From a virus (lineage: Duplodnaviria; Caudoviricetes), in the IMG/VR virus record IMGVR_UViG_3300036781_000517, positions 1 to 55,868 of that record: a DNA stretch of 55,868 bases; one strand, written 5' to 3'. Positions 8,473 to 17,719 of this stretch are shown here, one piece after another; position 1 is the first letter of the stretch, and each line of letters starts with the position of its first letter. Under the pieces are notes generated by a model. It did not search any database, was not told the origin of the DNA, and saw only the letters and a list, made by a program, of their open reading frames with translations. A program made the position numbers and the translations under genes.

Positions 8473-9978
8473 CTAGGTGGGAGTGAGCCGGCTGAATGCA
8501 AATCCGTTCGTGGAACTTGCCCAGTCGAAGATGACGGCGGCGTCGAAGACATCATAGCCGCGGGCGGTCTTTTCCTTCGTGTCTTCAACCGGCGTATCGC
8601 TCCAGGGGGTTGGAATGGTCAGCGCTCCGATCTGGGCGGTGATGAACGTGGCGTCGGAGTTGGTGACGCGCGTCCCATACTCATGCCAGCCGACGATGAC
8701 CGGATCGCCGTAGTCGTCGAAGACGTTGTAGCCGTCCAGCGTGGTCGGCTGCGAGCAGAGCCAGACGGAGATCTCCCGCTCAATGCTGTCGGGGTTCTGC
8801 ACCGGCTGGTAGCTGTCGTCGCTGCTCCAGACGGTCAGCGGAAACTCGACCTTTGTCGTATCGCGCCGCAACTGGTATTTGGGGCTCAGGGAAAAGAGCT
8901 GCGTTGTACTGGCTCCCAGCGCACCGGTCTGGTCGCTGCCTGGCGTGAATGTCGAAGCCGTGAAATCCGACTCCGCGGCCGCCTGGCTGGTGTTCGAAGA
9001 TCCCGTTCGCTCCGCCGCCGTGCCGCTCTTCCACACGAGACCAGCCGTGACCGACGACAGGGCGCAGAGGTAATGATCGGTATCGCCGTTGGGGATCCCT
9101 GCCCCATAGGTTCGGCCGAGGCTGTTGATGTAGTCGCGGATGTTGTTCAGCAGGTCGCCATCGACGATTTGGCCGGGGTTGTAAAACCCGCGCGTGTGGG
9201 CGATGTAGTCACCGTCGGCGTCAAAATACCCCTCCCACCCGGCGGTCTGCTCGGTGACGACGTCGGCGGGACTTATCTGGTCGTCGCTTAAATTCCAGCT
9301 CGTGCCGTCATGCTCAAAAAAAAGCGTGCTGTGTTGCTCTTCATCTGATGGCGTGGTGACGTACGTGTTCCACAGCGCCCCATCGGCGTCGTCGTTGAAG
9401 AACTTGCGGTGGAACAGCCCTCGATAGACCGCGAAGCGGGCGCGTTGCCCGTCACTGCCCGCCTGCGAGAGGGTGTAGATCTCCCGCCGCCATTTGCGCA
9501 GGACCGGTGCGAAATCGTACGGCTCGTGCCCGCTCTCGAAATCAGCATTGAATTTGAATGCCGCCCCGTCGATCTGGACCGGAATGTAGGGGCCGTCGTT
9601 GGCGGCATCTCCGCTGTTGATCGTCACCGGCGACTTGTCGCTGGCCAGAAACCCGAGTCCTTCCGGACTGTAGTCGCTCCAATCGTCGTTGAATTTTCGT
9701 ACGTACCAGGTGGCAACCGTATTGATCGCGCACTCGCGAAGCTGGGCCAGTCCGGCGACGTCGATCGCACCGCCTCCGCCCGGCGGAAGGAGCCCAAGAC
9801 ACACCTTGTCGCCGGGTGACAGGGCTGCAACGACGCCCGAGAGCTCCCCTACCCGGTCGGCACGGAGGGCCAGTGCGTTACGAAAATTCACGATCAGGCA
9901 GTCCTGCGCAGCGCCGGTCTGCTTGAGGAATTTATTGCCGGATTGAGCTGTCCAATCCTGGTTCCACCACTCGGCCAC
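8473..9978 (-). CDS. distal tail protein
   Basis: Last gene of the tail operon; acidic and aromatic-rich, 501 aa. Confidence 0.65.
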   Translation of the reverse strand: MAEWWNQDWTAQSGNKFLKQTGAAQDCLIVNFRNALALRADRVGELSGVVAALSPGDKVCLGLLPPGGGGAIDVAGLAQLRECAINTVATWYVRKFNDDWSDYSPEGLGFLASDKSPVTINSGDAANDGPYIPVQIDGAAFKFNADFESGHEPYDFAPVLRKWRREIYTLSQAGSDGQRARFAVYRGLFHRKFFNDDADGALWNTYVTTPSDEEQHSTLFFEHDGTSWNLSDDQISPADVVTEQTAGWEGYFDADGDYIAHTRGFYNPGQIVDGDLLNNIRDYINSLGRTYGAGIPNGDTDHYLCALSSVTAGLVWKSGTAAERTGSSNTSQAAAESDFTASTFTPGSDQTGALGASTTQLFSLSPKYQLRRDTTKVEFPLTVWSSDDSYQPVQNPDSIEREISVWLCSQPTTLDGYNVFDDYGDPVIVGWHEYGTRVTNSDATFITAQIGALTIPTPWSDTPVEDTKEKTARGYDVFDAAVIFDWASSTNGFAFSRLTPT

Positions 9979-9981
9979 GAC

Positions 9982-10482
9982 TTACTCCAGCTCGACGCTG
10001 TCAACCATCAGCTTGCCGGTGTCATCGGCAACCTGAACCACCTGGTGCGCGGTGAAGGCGGGGGCGATCGTGAGGATTTCGAGCCAAAGCAAATCCTCGA
10101 AGGCGTCGGTATCGGCATTGAAGCCTTGGCCACCGGCACCGTTGGCGACCTTCATCGCGAAGATCTCGCCGCCCACGGGATGCCCTTGCACCACTCGGAT
10201 ATAGACGTCGTCTCCATCGAGGGTGGCATCGGCCACACTGATGCTGCTGCCATCGGTGGTGCCGACGATTCTTTGGGCGATGCAGTATTGGCCGGTCTGG
10301 ATGTTGTCGATGTTCGTGACCTTCATCCGAACCAGTTGCGGCGGGAACGGCTTGCGGTAGGGCTGGCGGTCGCCAACGCGATTGGTGGGAAGGTCGTTCT
10401 CAACGCGCCGGACTGCGGCGCCGATGCGCACGGCCGACGCACGGTTGAAATTAACGGGATCATCGGAGCTTTCGGCGGACAT
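9982..10482 (-). CDS. minor tail protein
   Basis: Position in operon; RIGAAVRRVE N-terminal helix. Confidence 0.6.
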   Translation of the reverse strand: MSAESSDDPVNFNRASAVRIGAAVRRVENDLPTNRVGDRQPYRKPFPPQLVRMKVTNIDNIQTGQYCIAQRIVGTTDGSSISVADATLDGDDVYIRVVQGHPVGGEIFAMKVANGAGGQGFNADTDAFEDLLWLEILTIAPAFTAHQVVQVADDTGKLMVDSVELE

Positions 10483-10487
10483 GGTGA

Positions 10488-11429
10488 TCAGATACCAGAG
10501 AGCAGCACGCCGAGATTAGCGGGCTCGTCTTCGTCGTAATCCATTGTCACTACTTGGACCGTATCCGGGGGGTCCGGCATGTCCAGGACGTTTCCGCTTC
10601 CATCAAGTAGGCGCGGCCCAGTCACTGGGTCTTTCTTGGCGTCGAGTATCGGCTTGTGCTCCCGGTGACCGTCATCCTCCTCCGTGTCCAAGAAGTAGAA
10701 GCCTCGGTCAACGATCTTGTGAGTCCAACCGGTCGACCGATAGTGCAGCATCAGCGACACCTGCCAGAATTGGATGCCGTTCCCAACGGTCGTGCTGTAA
10801 TCCGCCTTGGCCAGCTTGATGTTTCCGGACGCGAATGATCGGGTTTGGCCGTACACTGTCAGCGTGATGCTGTCTTTGCTCACCTTGCCGCGCAGCGACG
10901 CGATCAAATCACCGTCGATGCTCCGGGTTTTGTACTGGACGCTGATTTGTTCGTCGTAATAAGTCCTTTTCTCGGTCGGATCAAATGGGTCGTTGGCGGA
11001 ATTGGCCACCGGCACCCGCTTCGAATAGTCGCCGGTTCCGCTGGTGACCCGATATCCGTCGTGCATGTCCTCGGTGCGCTCACAGCCCGTCACGTCGAGT
11101 TGGATATCCCACTTGTCATTCTCGCCGGGCTTGATGGTGGTGTAGGTGACTGTGACGTTGAAGACGGTCGGGCCATCTTCTGACCGCGACGGCTCGACGC
11201 CAGAGCAGCGCAGAATCAGCGGGTAGCGTGGATGCAGGTCGCCGATCTGTGGGACGCGATTGCTATCTCCGTCCACGGCGACCACAGCGCCGGTGGTGGT
11301 CATCTCGCCGATGGTTTCGACGCCCACCTGCCAGAGCTGGACCTCGGTGTATTCGATCAGGCCGTCCTGGCCGAGCGCGACCGTGGTCTTCTCGGAAAAC
11401 GGGCGTTGTCGGACGAATAAAGTGGCCAT
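10488..11429 (-). CDS. distal tail/baseplate hub-like protein
   Basis: First late gene after tape measure; PQIGDLHP, NSANDPF motifs. Confidence 0.65.
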   Translation of the reverse strand: MATLFVRQRPFSEKTTVALGQDGLIEYTEVQLWQVGVETIGEMTTTGAVVAVDGDSNRVPQIGDLHPRYPLILRCSGVEPSRSEDGPTVFNVTVTYTTIKPGENDKWDIQLDVTGCERTEDMHDGYRVTSGTGDYSKRVPVANSANDPFDPTEKRTYYDEQISVQYKTRSIDGDLIASLRGKVSKDSITLTVYGQTRSFASGNIKLAKADYSTTVGNGIQFWQVSLMLHYRSTGWTHKIVDRGFYFLDTEEDDGHREHKPILDAKKDPVTGPRLLDGSGNVLDMPDPPDTVQVVTMDYDEDEPANLGVLLSGI

Positions 11430-11490
11430 GGGGTGGGGAGGGTTGAATCGCGATCAGGGGTGACGGCCGCCGGGGCGGTCGCCGGCGATT

Positions 11491-11526
11491 AATTTCCTTG
11501 GGTGCCGTGGTCGCGTGTGGTAGATT
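11491..11526 (+). promoter_or_regulatory. Putative moron promoter, copy B
   Basis: TTGGGT-17-TAGATT with extended TG; near copy of 6773-6808. Confidence 0.65.
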
Positions 11527-11583
11527 TCCCCACATCCCCACATCATTGCATGGGGTCAGGCCCAGATACCCAAGAGGCATCGC

Positions 11584-12297
11584 ATGAAATCACGCTGGAC
11601 GGTGGCGCGGGGTTGCTTCGTCGCGGCAATGGTCGCGCTCGCGGCGTTTATGTTTTGGTCTCTGCTCTCTGGGAGCAGCAAGGGTCGGCCTGCGCCTGCG
11701 GCGCCGCCGTCGCCCCGCGACATCGCGCAGCGCAGCTTCGACGACACGAAGTTGAAACTTGCGAAGGAAATGACTCGCTCGCACCTGCTGTCGGCCATAT
11801 TCTCGGGCTTCTCGCTCCAGTTCGTCGGCTACGATGACGCGGGCAATGCGACTTATCGAGGCAAAGATCGTATCGGGGAAATTCGCGTCACCACGGATGC
11901 TGGCGGAATGATCCTGGTGGCTACGGTGGACGGGACGACGGCAACCCGGAAGGAGCCTGCGGAATCGCGAGTCGCCGACGCGCTTCCCGCCCCCCTCATG
12001 CCATATGGAGCGAGACACGTCGGCGAAGACGACGCGGGCCGAATCATCAAAATCTTCGGTCCGGCGGACAAGGACTGGACAACGCTCCATGACTCCCCGC
12101 GACCGAAAGCGTTCACGCGCTTCATGCTGTACGCCAAAGAGCACGTCCAAATGATCTTTGTTCCGAATGACCTCGATGCCACATCGCGGTCGCCTGGACC
12201 GTTCAACGCATGGCGAGTTTTGGGTTATGGAGATGACCGCGATGATCGGAAGCTGGCGATCGATGAGGTAATGACGCGGATGGCGAAGAAGCAATGA
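11584..12297 (+). CDS. membrane-anchored protein (antisense moron)
   Basis: N-terminal TM helix; GAGG RBS; opposite to tail operon. Confidence 0.8.
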   Translation: MKSRWTVARGCFVAAMVALAAFMFWSLLSGSSKGRPAPAAPPSPRDIAQRSFDDTKLKLAKEMTRSHLLSAIFSGFSLQFVGYDDAGNATYRGKDRIGEIRVTTDAGGMILVATVDGTTATRKEPAESRVADALPAPLMPYGARHVGEDDAGRIIKIFGPADKDWTTLHDSPRPKAFTRFMLYAKEHVQMIFVPNDLDATSRSPGPFNAWRVLGYGDDRDDRKLAIDEVMTRMAKKQ

Positions 12298-12324
12298 TTC
12301 CTTCGCTCGACTGGCAAATGAGCC

Positions 12325-14490
12325 TCAGACACCGACAACGACCGGCGGAACGCCGAGCTTCCGGGCGAGGTCGGCGTTGACGGTGTAGGATTTGGTTTGC
12401 ACGTCGAGTTGCTGCTTGGCTACGGAGAGCGCGTCGTTGGCGATCGGGGATTGGGCACTGACGACGTACTTCTGGGAGATTTCTTCGGCGCCGACGTGCT
12501 GATCGCCGCCATGGTGCTGAGACTTGTTGAAATCGTTCTGGGTTTTAGCGACGGCCTTGTTGTACTGATCGTTGGTGAGCATTCCGGCCATCAGCATGTC
12601 GTCGAGCTTGCCAATTTGTTCCTGGTATTTCTCTACCGGCGTCATGATGTCTTCGAGGATCTTCTTCCGCTCGTCGAGCATCTTGTTTTCCTGCTGCAAG
12701 CGGTCGAGTGCGGCAGCGTGCTCCGGGTCAGCCTGCTGCATCTGGTACACCTTGGGGTCAATACCGGCCCGCTTGGCGGCGATCTCGTTTTGGAGCTTGG
12801 CAATTTCCTCGGCCGCCTTGTGTTGCTCCTTCATGGCGTTCAACTTGTCCACTTCACCTTGGACCTGCTGTTGTGTTGCGGGATCTGCGTATTTTGCTGC
12901 TTCAGGGCCCAAGCCCCTCTGAAGCGCTTCCATTTCGGCGTGGAGTTTCTTAACGGCCGCGGCGGCCTCATTGAATTGCTTGTAGCCTTCAGCCGACTTG
13001 GCCGAATCGATCATCTTCTGAATGAACTCGTCAGACGCGCCATCTCGCATGGCCTCCCAGATCGCTTTGATCGCTTCGACCGGAAGCCCGAGGTCGGCCA
13101 GCTTATTGCCATCGAAGGCCAGGAACCGCTGGAAGTCGAGCCCCTGGTCCATCTTGTCCTTAAGCTCCAGGAGCTTCATCGACGACTCGAACATTTCATC
13201 CATCGCGGCGGCCCAGTTGTCAGCGCCTTCCGCCATGTTCCTGCCGAGTTCCTCCATCCTCTTTTTGATCCCGCCGGCGGCGGCGTCGAGCTTAGCCTGG
13301 AGCCCGTCCATTTTTGCATCCCATCCGGCCGAGACGCTGCTGTTCGCGGTGGCGCCCATGACGGCCTCTGCGACTTTTTCGATTCCGTACAACACAGCGA
13401 GCAGCGGAAGGAACGGCGTGATTGCCGCGGCGCCCACGACCATCGCCACCGTCCCCCAGTCGTGCCAGAGGTCGATAAGGAGGGCGACGACGTGCCCGAC
13501 CTCACGAATGACGGTGATCACGCCGTTGGCGAACGTTTGTGCGCTGGGCAAGGCGTCCAAAAACATTTGGCCAACGACCTCAATGTACGGCGCAAGAGAC
13601 AGGGTCAGTTGATTTTTCAGTCCGTCCAGCCGCGAGGAGAACTTTTCCCACTCCTCGCCGGCCGCGACGAGTCGGGCAGAGTCCATGTTGTCGAGGACCT
13701 CTTTCGTAGATAGGGACGCCTCGTGCAGCTTTTGCATCCCTTCAACACCGTCGTCTGCGAACGTCTTGATCATCGCCATCCCGCCGGTTTTTCCGAAAAC
13801 ATCCCCAGCAGACCGCATGCGGTCGGTCTGACTCTCAATATGAGCGAGAGCGTTCACCACGTCGGACAGGGCTTTCTCTGCTCCTTCGCCGGCCAGTTTT
13901 TCCGGATCGAGATGAAGTCGGTCAAACGCGGCGGCGGCTTCGGCGCTGCCGCCGGCGGCTTTCGAGATCGCGACCTCCATTTTCCTAAGCGCTCCATCCA
14001 CCTCGCCGCCATCCACGGCCATGCGGTGGGCTGCAATGTGCAGTGTGCCCAGCATGTCGCTGGAAACTCCAAGGGCGCTGGCGGTGATTAGTGTTTGCTT
14101 GGCGGTTTCGATCTGCGCCTCAGCGATCTCCTTGATGGCCATTCCAAGGCCAACTACCCCGACCACAGCAGCCGCCGCTGCAGCGCCGACGACGCCGATG
14201 GCAACTCCTACGGGCCCCATCGAACTTAGGGCCTCGGCTCCCTTGCCAGCCAGGCCGCTGAGACTTTCGGCCGCACCAGAGATCATCGACTCGATGCCGC
14301 TGCCGGAGAGCAGGCCGCCAAGCCCTTCGGCATGGCCGGCCAGTCCTTCCAAATGCTCTCTGATTTTTTCGCCGGCGTGCTCCGCATGTTCAGAGAAATG
14401 ATCGAGATCCTCCTGCGCCTTGTGGACGCCCTTGGAGAAGGCTTCGCTGTGCGCGGAGAGGACAACGTCGATAGCGCCAATGGTGCTCAT
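12325..14490 (-). CDS. tail tape measure protein
   Basis: 721 aa, Ala/Gly-rich helical with hydrophobic segments; follows the chaperone genes. Confidence 0.92.
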   Translation of the reverse strand: MSTIGAIDVVLSAHSEAFSKGVHKAQEDLDHFSEHAEHAGEKIREHLEGLAGHAEGLGGLLSGSGIESMISGAAESLSGLAGKGAEALSSMGPVGVAIGVVGAAAAAAVVGVVGLGMAIKEIAEAQIETAKQTLITASALGVSSDMLGTLHIAAHRMAVDGGEVDGALRKMEVAISKAAGGSAEAAAAFDRLHLDPEKLAGEGAEKALSDVVNALAHIESQTDRMRSAGDVFGKTGGMAMIKTFADDGVEGMQKLHEASLSTKEVLDNMDSARLVAAGEEWEKFSSRLDGLKNQLTLSLAPYIEVVGQMFLDALPSAQTFANGVITVIREVGHVVALLIDLWHDWGTVAMVVGAAAITPFLPLLAVLYGIEKVAEAVMGATANSSVSAGWDAKMDGLQAKLDAAAGGIKKRMEELGRNMAEGADNWAAAMDEMFESSMKLLELKDKMDQGLDFQRFLAFDGNKLADLGLPVEAIKAIWEAMRDGASDEFIQKMIDSAKSAEGYKQFNEAAAAVKKLHAEMEALQRGLGPEAAKYADPATQQQVQGEVDKLNAMKEQHKAAEEIAKLQNEIAAKRAGIDPKVYQMQQADPEHAAALDRLQQENKMLDERKKILEDIMTPVEKYQEQIGKLDDMLMAGMLTNDQYNKAVAKTQNDFNKSQHHGGDQHVGAEEISQKYVVSAQSPIANDALSVAKQQLDVQTKSYTVNADLARKLGVPPVVVGV

Positions 14491-14864
14491 GGGTTTTGCT
14501 TCTTCACGAATGCGAGCATGCCCGCCTTGATCTCGGCGGCGAGGGCTTGGCGGGCGGCTTCTTCGTCTTCTTCTTTGGCTTGCGGTTCGGGATCCGGTTC
14601 AGGGTCGCGCCACTTGATCATGCAGCGGCCGGGGGTGAACGGCTCGGCATCCGGCTTGCGATTGACGTTGTAGATGGCCGAGACGATCTGCCCGGCGAGG
14701 ACGTCAAGCCGCTGATCGCCGATCGGCTCGATTTCCTGATCGAAGGCTTCCCACTCGGACAGCTCACGGCTGTCGATTTCTTCAAGCAGCCGGCGGACGG
14801 TCATGCCGAGATTGGCGGCGAGTCGGAAGTAGAATCGCCGGCCTGGCCGGCACCGGAGTTTTTT
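14487..14864 (-). CDS. tail assembly chaperone, -1 frameshift extension (gpT-like)
   Basis: KLRCRPGRRFYFRLAANLGMTVRRLLEEIDSRELSEWEAF, entered at the slippery site. Confidence 0.85.
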   Translation of the reverse strand, partial: KKLRCRPGRRFYFRLAANLGMTVRRLLEEIDSRELSEWEAFDQEIEPIGDQRLDVLAGQIVSAIYNVNRKPDAEPFTPGRCMIKWRDPEPDPEPQAKEEDEEAARQALAAEIKAGMLAFVKKQNP

Positions 14865-15214
14865 GCGAGGTCCTCGACGTCGGCCTTGGTCAGGCCATTG
14901 ATTTTCTGGGCGAGGTCGAAGAGGCGAGTTATGACTGGCGAGGCCTTCTCGCCGAGCGCCGCGGCGTCGGCGTCGGTGAAGAGGCGGGCACCCTTTTCGT
15001 CGCACAGGCAAATCGCCAGCAGCCGCGCGCGGATGTTTGTTCGGTTCAGCTCGACGGTCTTTCCGCGGACCTTGTAGGTTTCGTCCTCGAACTGGTCGCG
15101 TTCCGTGCCGCTGAGAATGCGGAGGTAGACGTCGCCGCCCCACTCGGGCACGGGGACCTTTTCGAGCTTGGCGCGGTCCTGCGCTTTGAGGATCTGGGAT
15201 TTAGACAGGGACAA
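14801..15214 (-). CDS. tail assembly chaperone (gpG-like)
   Basis: VPVPEWGGDVYLR...LAKN; AAAGGAG RBS, TTG start. Confidence 0.9.
   Translation of the reverse strand: MSLSKSQILKAQDRAKLEKVPVPEWGGDVYLRILSGTERDQFEDETYKVRGKTVELNRTNIRARLLAICLCDEKGARLFTDADAAALGEKASPVITRLFDLAQKINGLTKADVEDLAKNSGAGQAGDSTSDSPPISA
14858..14864 (-). other. Programmed -1 frameshift heptamer A AAA AAC
   Basis: GCA AAA AAC at the end of the chaperone; -1 frame open to the tape measure start. Confidence 0.88.
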
Positions 15215-15234
15215 GGGTTCTCCTTTAGGATTGG

Positions 15235-15753
15235 GTGATGCCGACGAGCAAAAAGATTCACCGCGGCCCCGGCTGGTCTGCGGTCGAGTTTCAGGAATTC
15301 GTGGATGTCACGATGAGCAGCGAGCCGGACCCGGAATGGGTCTTCACGGATCCCGCTGGCCATGTTCACCGCTACCACCAGCGGCCTGGCAACTGGGGTC
15401 GGATGGTGGTTCCGACGGCGATTTGGAAATCGATCCCCGCCATCGATGAGGAGGGGCAAGAGTACGACCGCGGCTACTTTGCCTGCCTGGAGTGCGGAGC
15501 GAGGGTCGATCCGGGAATGCGTCCGACAACTTCACAAAAACTGTCGCCGGGACTCAACGGATTCGACGGGTCATTTCTCTGCAAGAAGCCACCGCAGGTT
15601 GGGGAGACCTTTGATCTCGCGAAATTCATTCAAGGCTTGGAAGGGTCGGCGGTCTGCGTCTCGGTTGGCAAGTCGATCAGCTCCGATTCCGAGGTCAACT
15701 TCGATGTTGGCTGGCGAAGCCTCGGACCCATCACGACTACGTCCCAGCCGTGA
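15235..15753 (+). CDS. antisense tail-tube-like protein with HxH/CxxC insert
   Basis: VDVT...KLSPGLNGFDGSF...GSAVCVSV...VNFDVGWRSLGPI; high GC3. Confidence 0.7.
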   Translation: MMPTSKKIHRGPGWSAVEFQEFVDVTMSSEPDPEWVFTDPAGHVHRYHQRPGNWGRMVVPTAIWKSIPAIDEEGQEYDRGYFACLECGARVDPGMRPTTSQKLSPGLNGFDGSFLCKKPPQVGETFDLAKFIQGLEGSAVCVSVGKSISSDSEVNFDVGWRSLGPITTTSQP

Positions 15754-16171
15754 ACACAACCGGCCCGCTCACCTTGATGGTGATCTTCCGGTTGATCTTG
15801 TCTTCGTTGGGGATTTCGTCGCCGAGTTCCTTGATGTAGCCGGGGAAGGCGAACGTCGAGCCGGAAGTCGAGTTGCTGCCGTCCGGCAATTGGATCTTGT
15901 AGAAGTGGGCGACACCGAGCAGGCCCTGGAGGATCGTCTCCTGAGCCTTGAGGTAGTTGGCCTCATATTCGACCGTCCCCGGCTCGATCCAGCCGGGGAT
16001 GTACTCCTTCACTCCACTGTCCGAGACATAATGGGTGACGTCGACGTCCTTAACGCTTTGCTTGGGTGAACCGACCTTCGTCACTTCGAGCAGCGTCGTG
16101 TAGCTGCCTCCCGACGTGGTCGAGTGGGCGACGGTGGTACCCTTACCGATTTTCGCGGCTGATGCGGACAT
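15737..16171 (-). CDS. major tail tube protein
   Basis: DVDVTH...KEYIPG..EPG...F.GY...ITIKVSG. Confidence 0.92.
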   Translation of the reverse strand: MSASAAKIGKGTTVAHSTTSGGSYTTLLEVTKVGSPKQSVKDVDVTHYVSDSGVKEYIPGWIEPGTVEYEANYLKAQETILQGLLGVAHFYKIQLPDGSNSTSGSTFAFPGYIKELGDEIPNEDKINRKITIKVSGPVVFTAGT

Positions 16172-16220
16172 GGCGCGTTCTCCGTTGGTTGCTGGTTTGC
16201 GTGAAGAATTTCGGGCAGGA

Positions 16221-16916
16221 CTACGAAGTTCCTGTGACGGTGATCGTGTTTGAATCTACGCCGTTGATGCGAATGAGCAGCGTGTGGGGGCTGGCAGTGT
16301 CTTCGATGCCGATGTCCACCATCGTCCCGATGTCGTAGGGCGTGTCGCCGAAATTGAGACTCGTCTCGCCTTCAGTGCCGGCGTCCAGAATGACTTCGCC
16401 GCGCGTGTAGCCGGTATCGCTGGTCCAGACGAGCGTGATCCGATCCGCTGACGGGTCGATCGTCATTCCGTCCTGCGGACTGGTCAGCGTGATGGAGGTG
16501 ATCGCTTCGATGAAGTTGACCGGCCCCGTCACTTTGATCTGGGCCTTGGTCATCATCTTGTCTTCGTTGGGCAGGTCGTCGGACAGGTCTTTAAGGAAGC
16601 CCGCGAACTTGAATCCCGCCGCATCGGGCATGGTGATGCGCCAGAAAGCCGGCACGCCGAGCAGCGCCTTCACCGCATCGCGATCCGATTGGATGTAGTT
16701 CGCCTCGTACTCGACCAAGCCGGGATCGATGAAGACGCCGGGGATGTACTCTTTGGTGTTGTTCGGCGAGAGATAGTGCGTGACGTCGACGTCCTTCACG
16801 GCCTGCTTGGGGGGATTGAGCTTCGTCAGCTCGAGCAGCGGGGTATAGGTCCCGTCTACGGAGTCGCTGTGGGCGAGGAATGTCCCGCGTCCGATGATGG
16901 CGGATGATGCGCTCAT
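16221..16916 (-). CDS. second tail tube paralogue with C-terminal Ig-like extension
   Basis: N-terminal 135 aa clearly homologous to 15737..16171; Thr-rich beta tail. Confidence 0.88.
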   Translation of the reverse strand: MSASSAIIGRGTFLAHSDSVDGTYTPLLELTKLNPPKQAVKDVDVTHYLSPNNTKEYIPGVFIDPGLVEYEANYIQSDRDAVKALLGVPAFWRITMPDAAGFKFAGFLKDLSDDLPNEDKMMTKAQIKVTGPVNFIEAITSITLTSPQDGMTIDPSADRITLVWTSDTGYTRGEVILDAGTEGETSLNFGDTPYDIGTMVDIGIEDTASPHTLLIRINGVDSNTITVTGTS

Positions 16917-17263
16917 TTCGTTTCCGGGTGGATTGGTACAATTGGGCGGTGAAGCAGCGCGACGAGATCAGCCACGTTCAAATCAGAAACCCCAAGGTCC
17001 GCCGCCAATGGGTTCCGATTCGGGAATGCGAGGTCCGCGAGCATCGAGACGAGCCGCTTGATCCCGCCGAGTCCAAGTACTTTCTGCCTCGGCGTTTTGA
17101 GGGGTTCTTCCGGGTAAAACGTCGGCTGGCGAATCGAATCCTTCAGTCGAGCAACGTTGACTGCCTGGTCTTTTTCCCCGAAGACGGAAGCGGATTGCAG
17201 GTGACGCTTCACCTGTCGAAAGGAGGCCTTGTGGCAGAGGACGCAAACCCGCTCCCCCGGTAG
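16904..17263 (+). CDS. antisense hypothetical protein (start uncertain)
   Basis: Plus frame has coding-like codon usage; fills the gap between terminator and tube genes. Confidence 0.55.
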   Translation: MMRSFRFRVDWYNWAVKQRDEISHVQIRNPKVRRQWVPIRECEVREHRDEPLDPAESKYFLPRRFEGFFRVKRRLANRILQSSNVDCLVFFPEDGSGLQVTLHLSKGGLVAEDANPLPR

Positions 17264-17308
17264 CCGCGCCGACAGGACCAGGGCGTCCTGTTCGGGTTTG
17301 TCGCAAAA

Positions 17309-17719
17309 TCACAGCTCGTACCAGAGCCGGACGGATAGATCGGCTTCGTATCGCTGCCCGAGGTCCGGTCCGGCATCGCCGATGGGAACGGCACTCTCGG
17401 GGTTACCGGTGACGAACGCACCTTGCACGACGATCCCGCCCCAGGTCCCAGATTGATTGTCGAGTGCTTTGCGCACGGCGGTCGCCAGCGCTACGGCGTC
17501 GGCATAACTGCCGGCGACGCAGGCGATGTCGATCTCCGCGTCTGCCAGCCCGCTCGAACCGGTGTAGGACCGTGGGAAGTCCGCGCCGGTGGTGTCGTAT
17601 TCGACGTAGGGAATTGCCGGATTGGTCGGAGCCGAGCCAACCGGGTAGACGCGCGTCGCCACCAGGTCGGCGACCGCGCCGTTGCCTCTCAGTTGTGCAA
17701 AAATCGCCTTGCCGCTCAC
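17309..17719 (-). CDS. tail terminator (DUF3168-like)
   Basis: VADLVATRVYP...PYVEY; GTGA coupling. Confidence 0.88.
   Translation of the reverse strand: MSGKAIFAQLRGNGAVADLVATRVYPVGSAPTNPAIPYVEYDTTGADFPRSYTGSSGLADAEIDIACVAGSYADAVALATAVRKALDNQSGTWGGIVVQGAFVTGNPESAVPIGDAGPDLGQRYEADLSVRLWYEL

Noticed and set aside
8473-11429. Diversity-generating retroelement or invertible tail cassette
   Set aside because: No reverse transcriptase, template/variable repeat pair, invertase or flanking inverted repeats were seen
14858-14864. Chaperone frameshift as a novelty
   Set aside because: It is well supported but is the standard G/GT mechanism of long-tailed phages
16913-17212. Minus-strand ORF between terminator and tube genes
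   Set aside because: It reads like the antisense shadow of the plus ORF, although its ATGA overlap with the tube gene means it is not fully excluded
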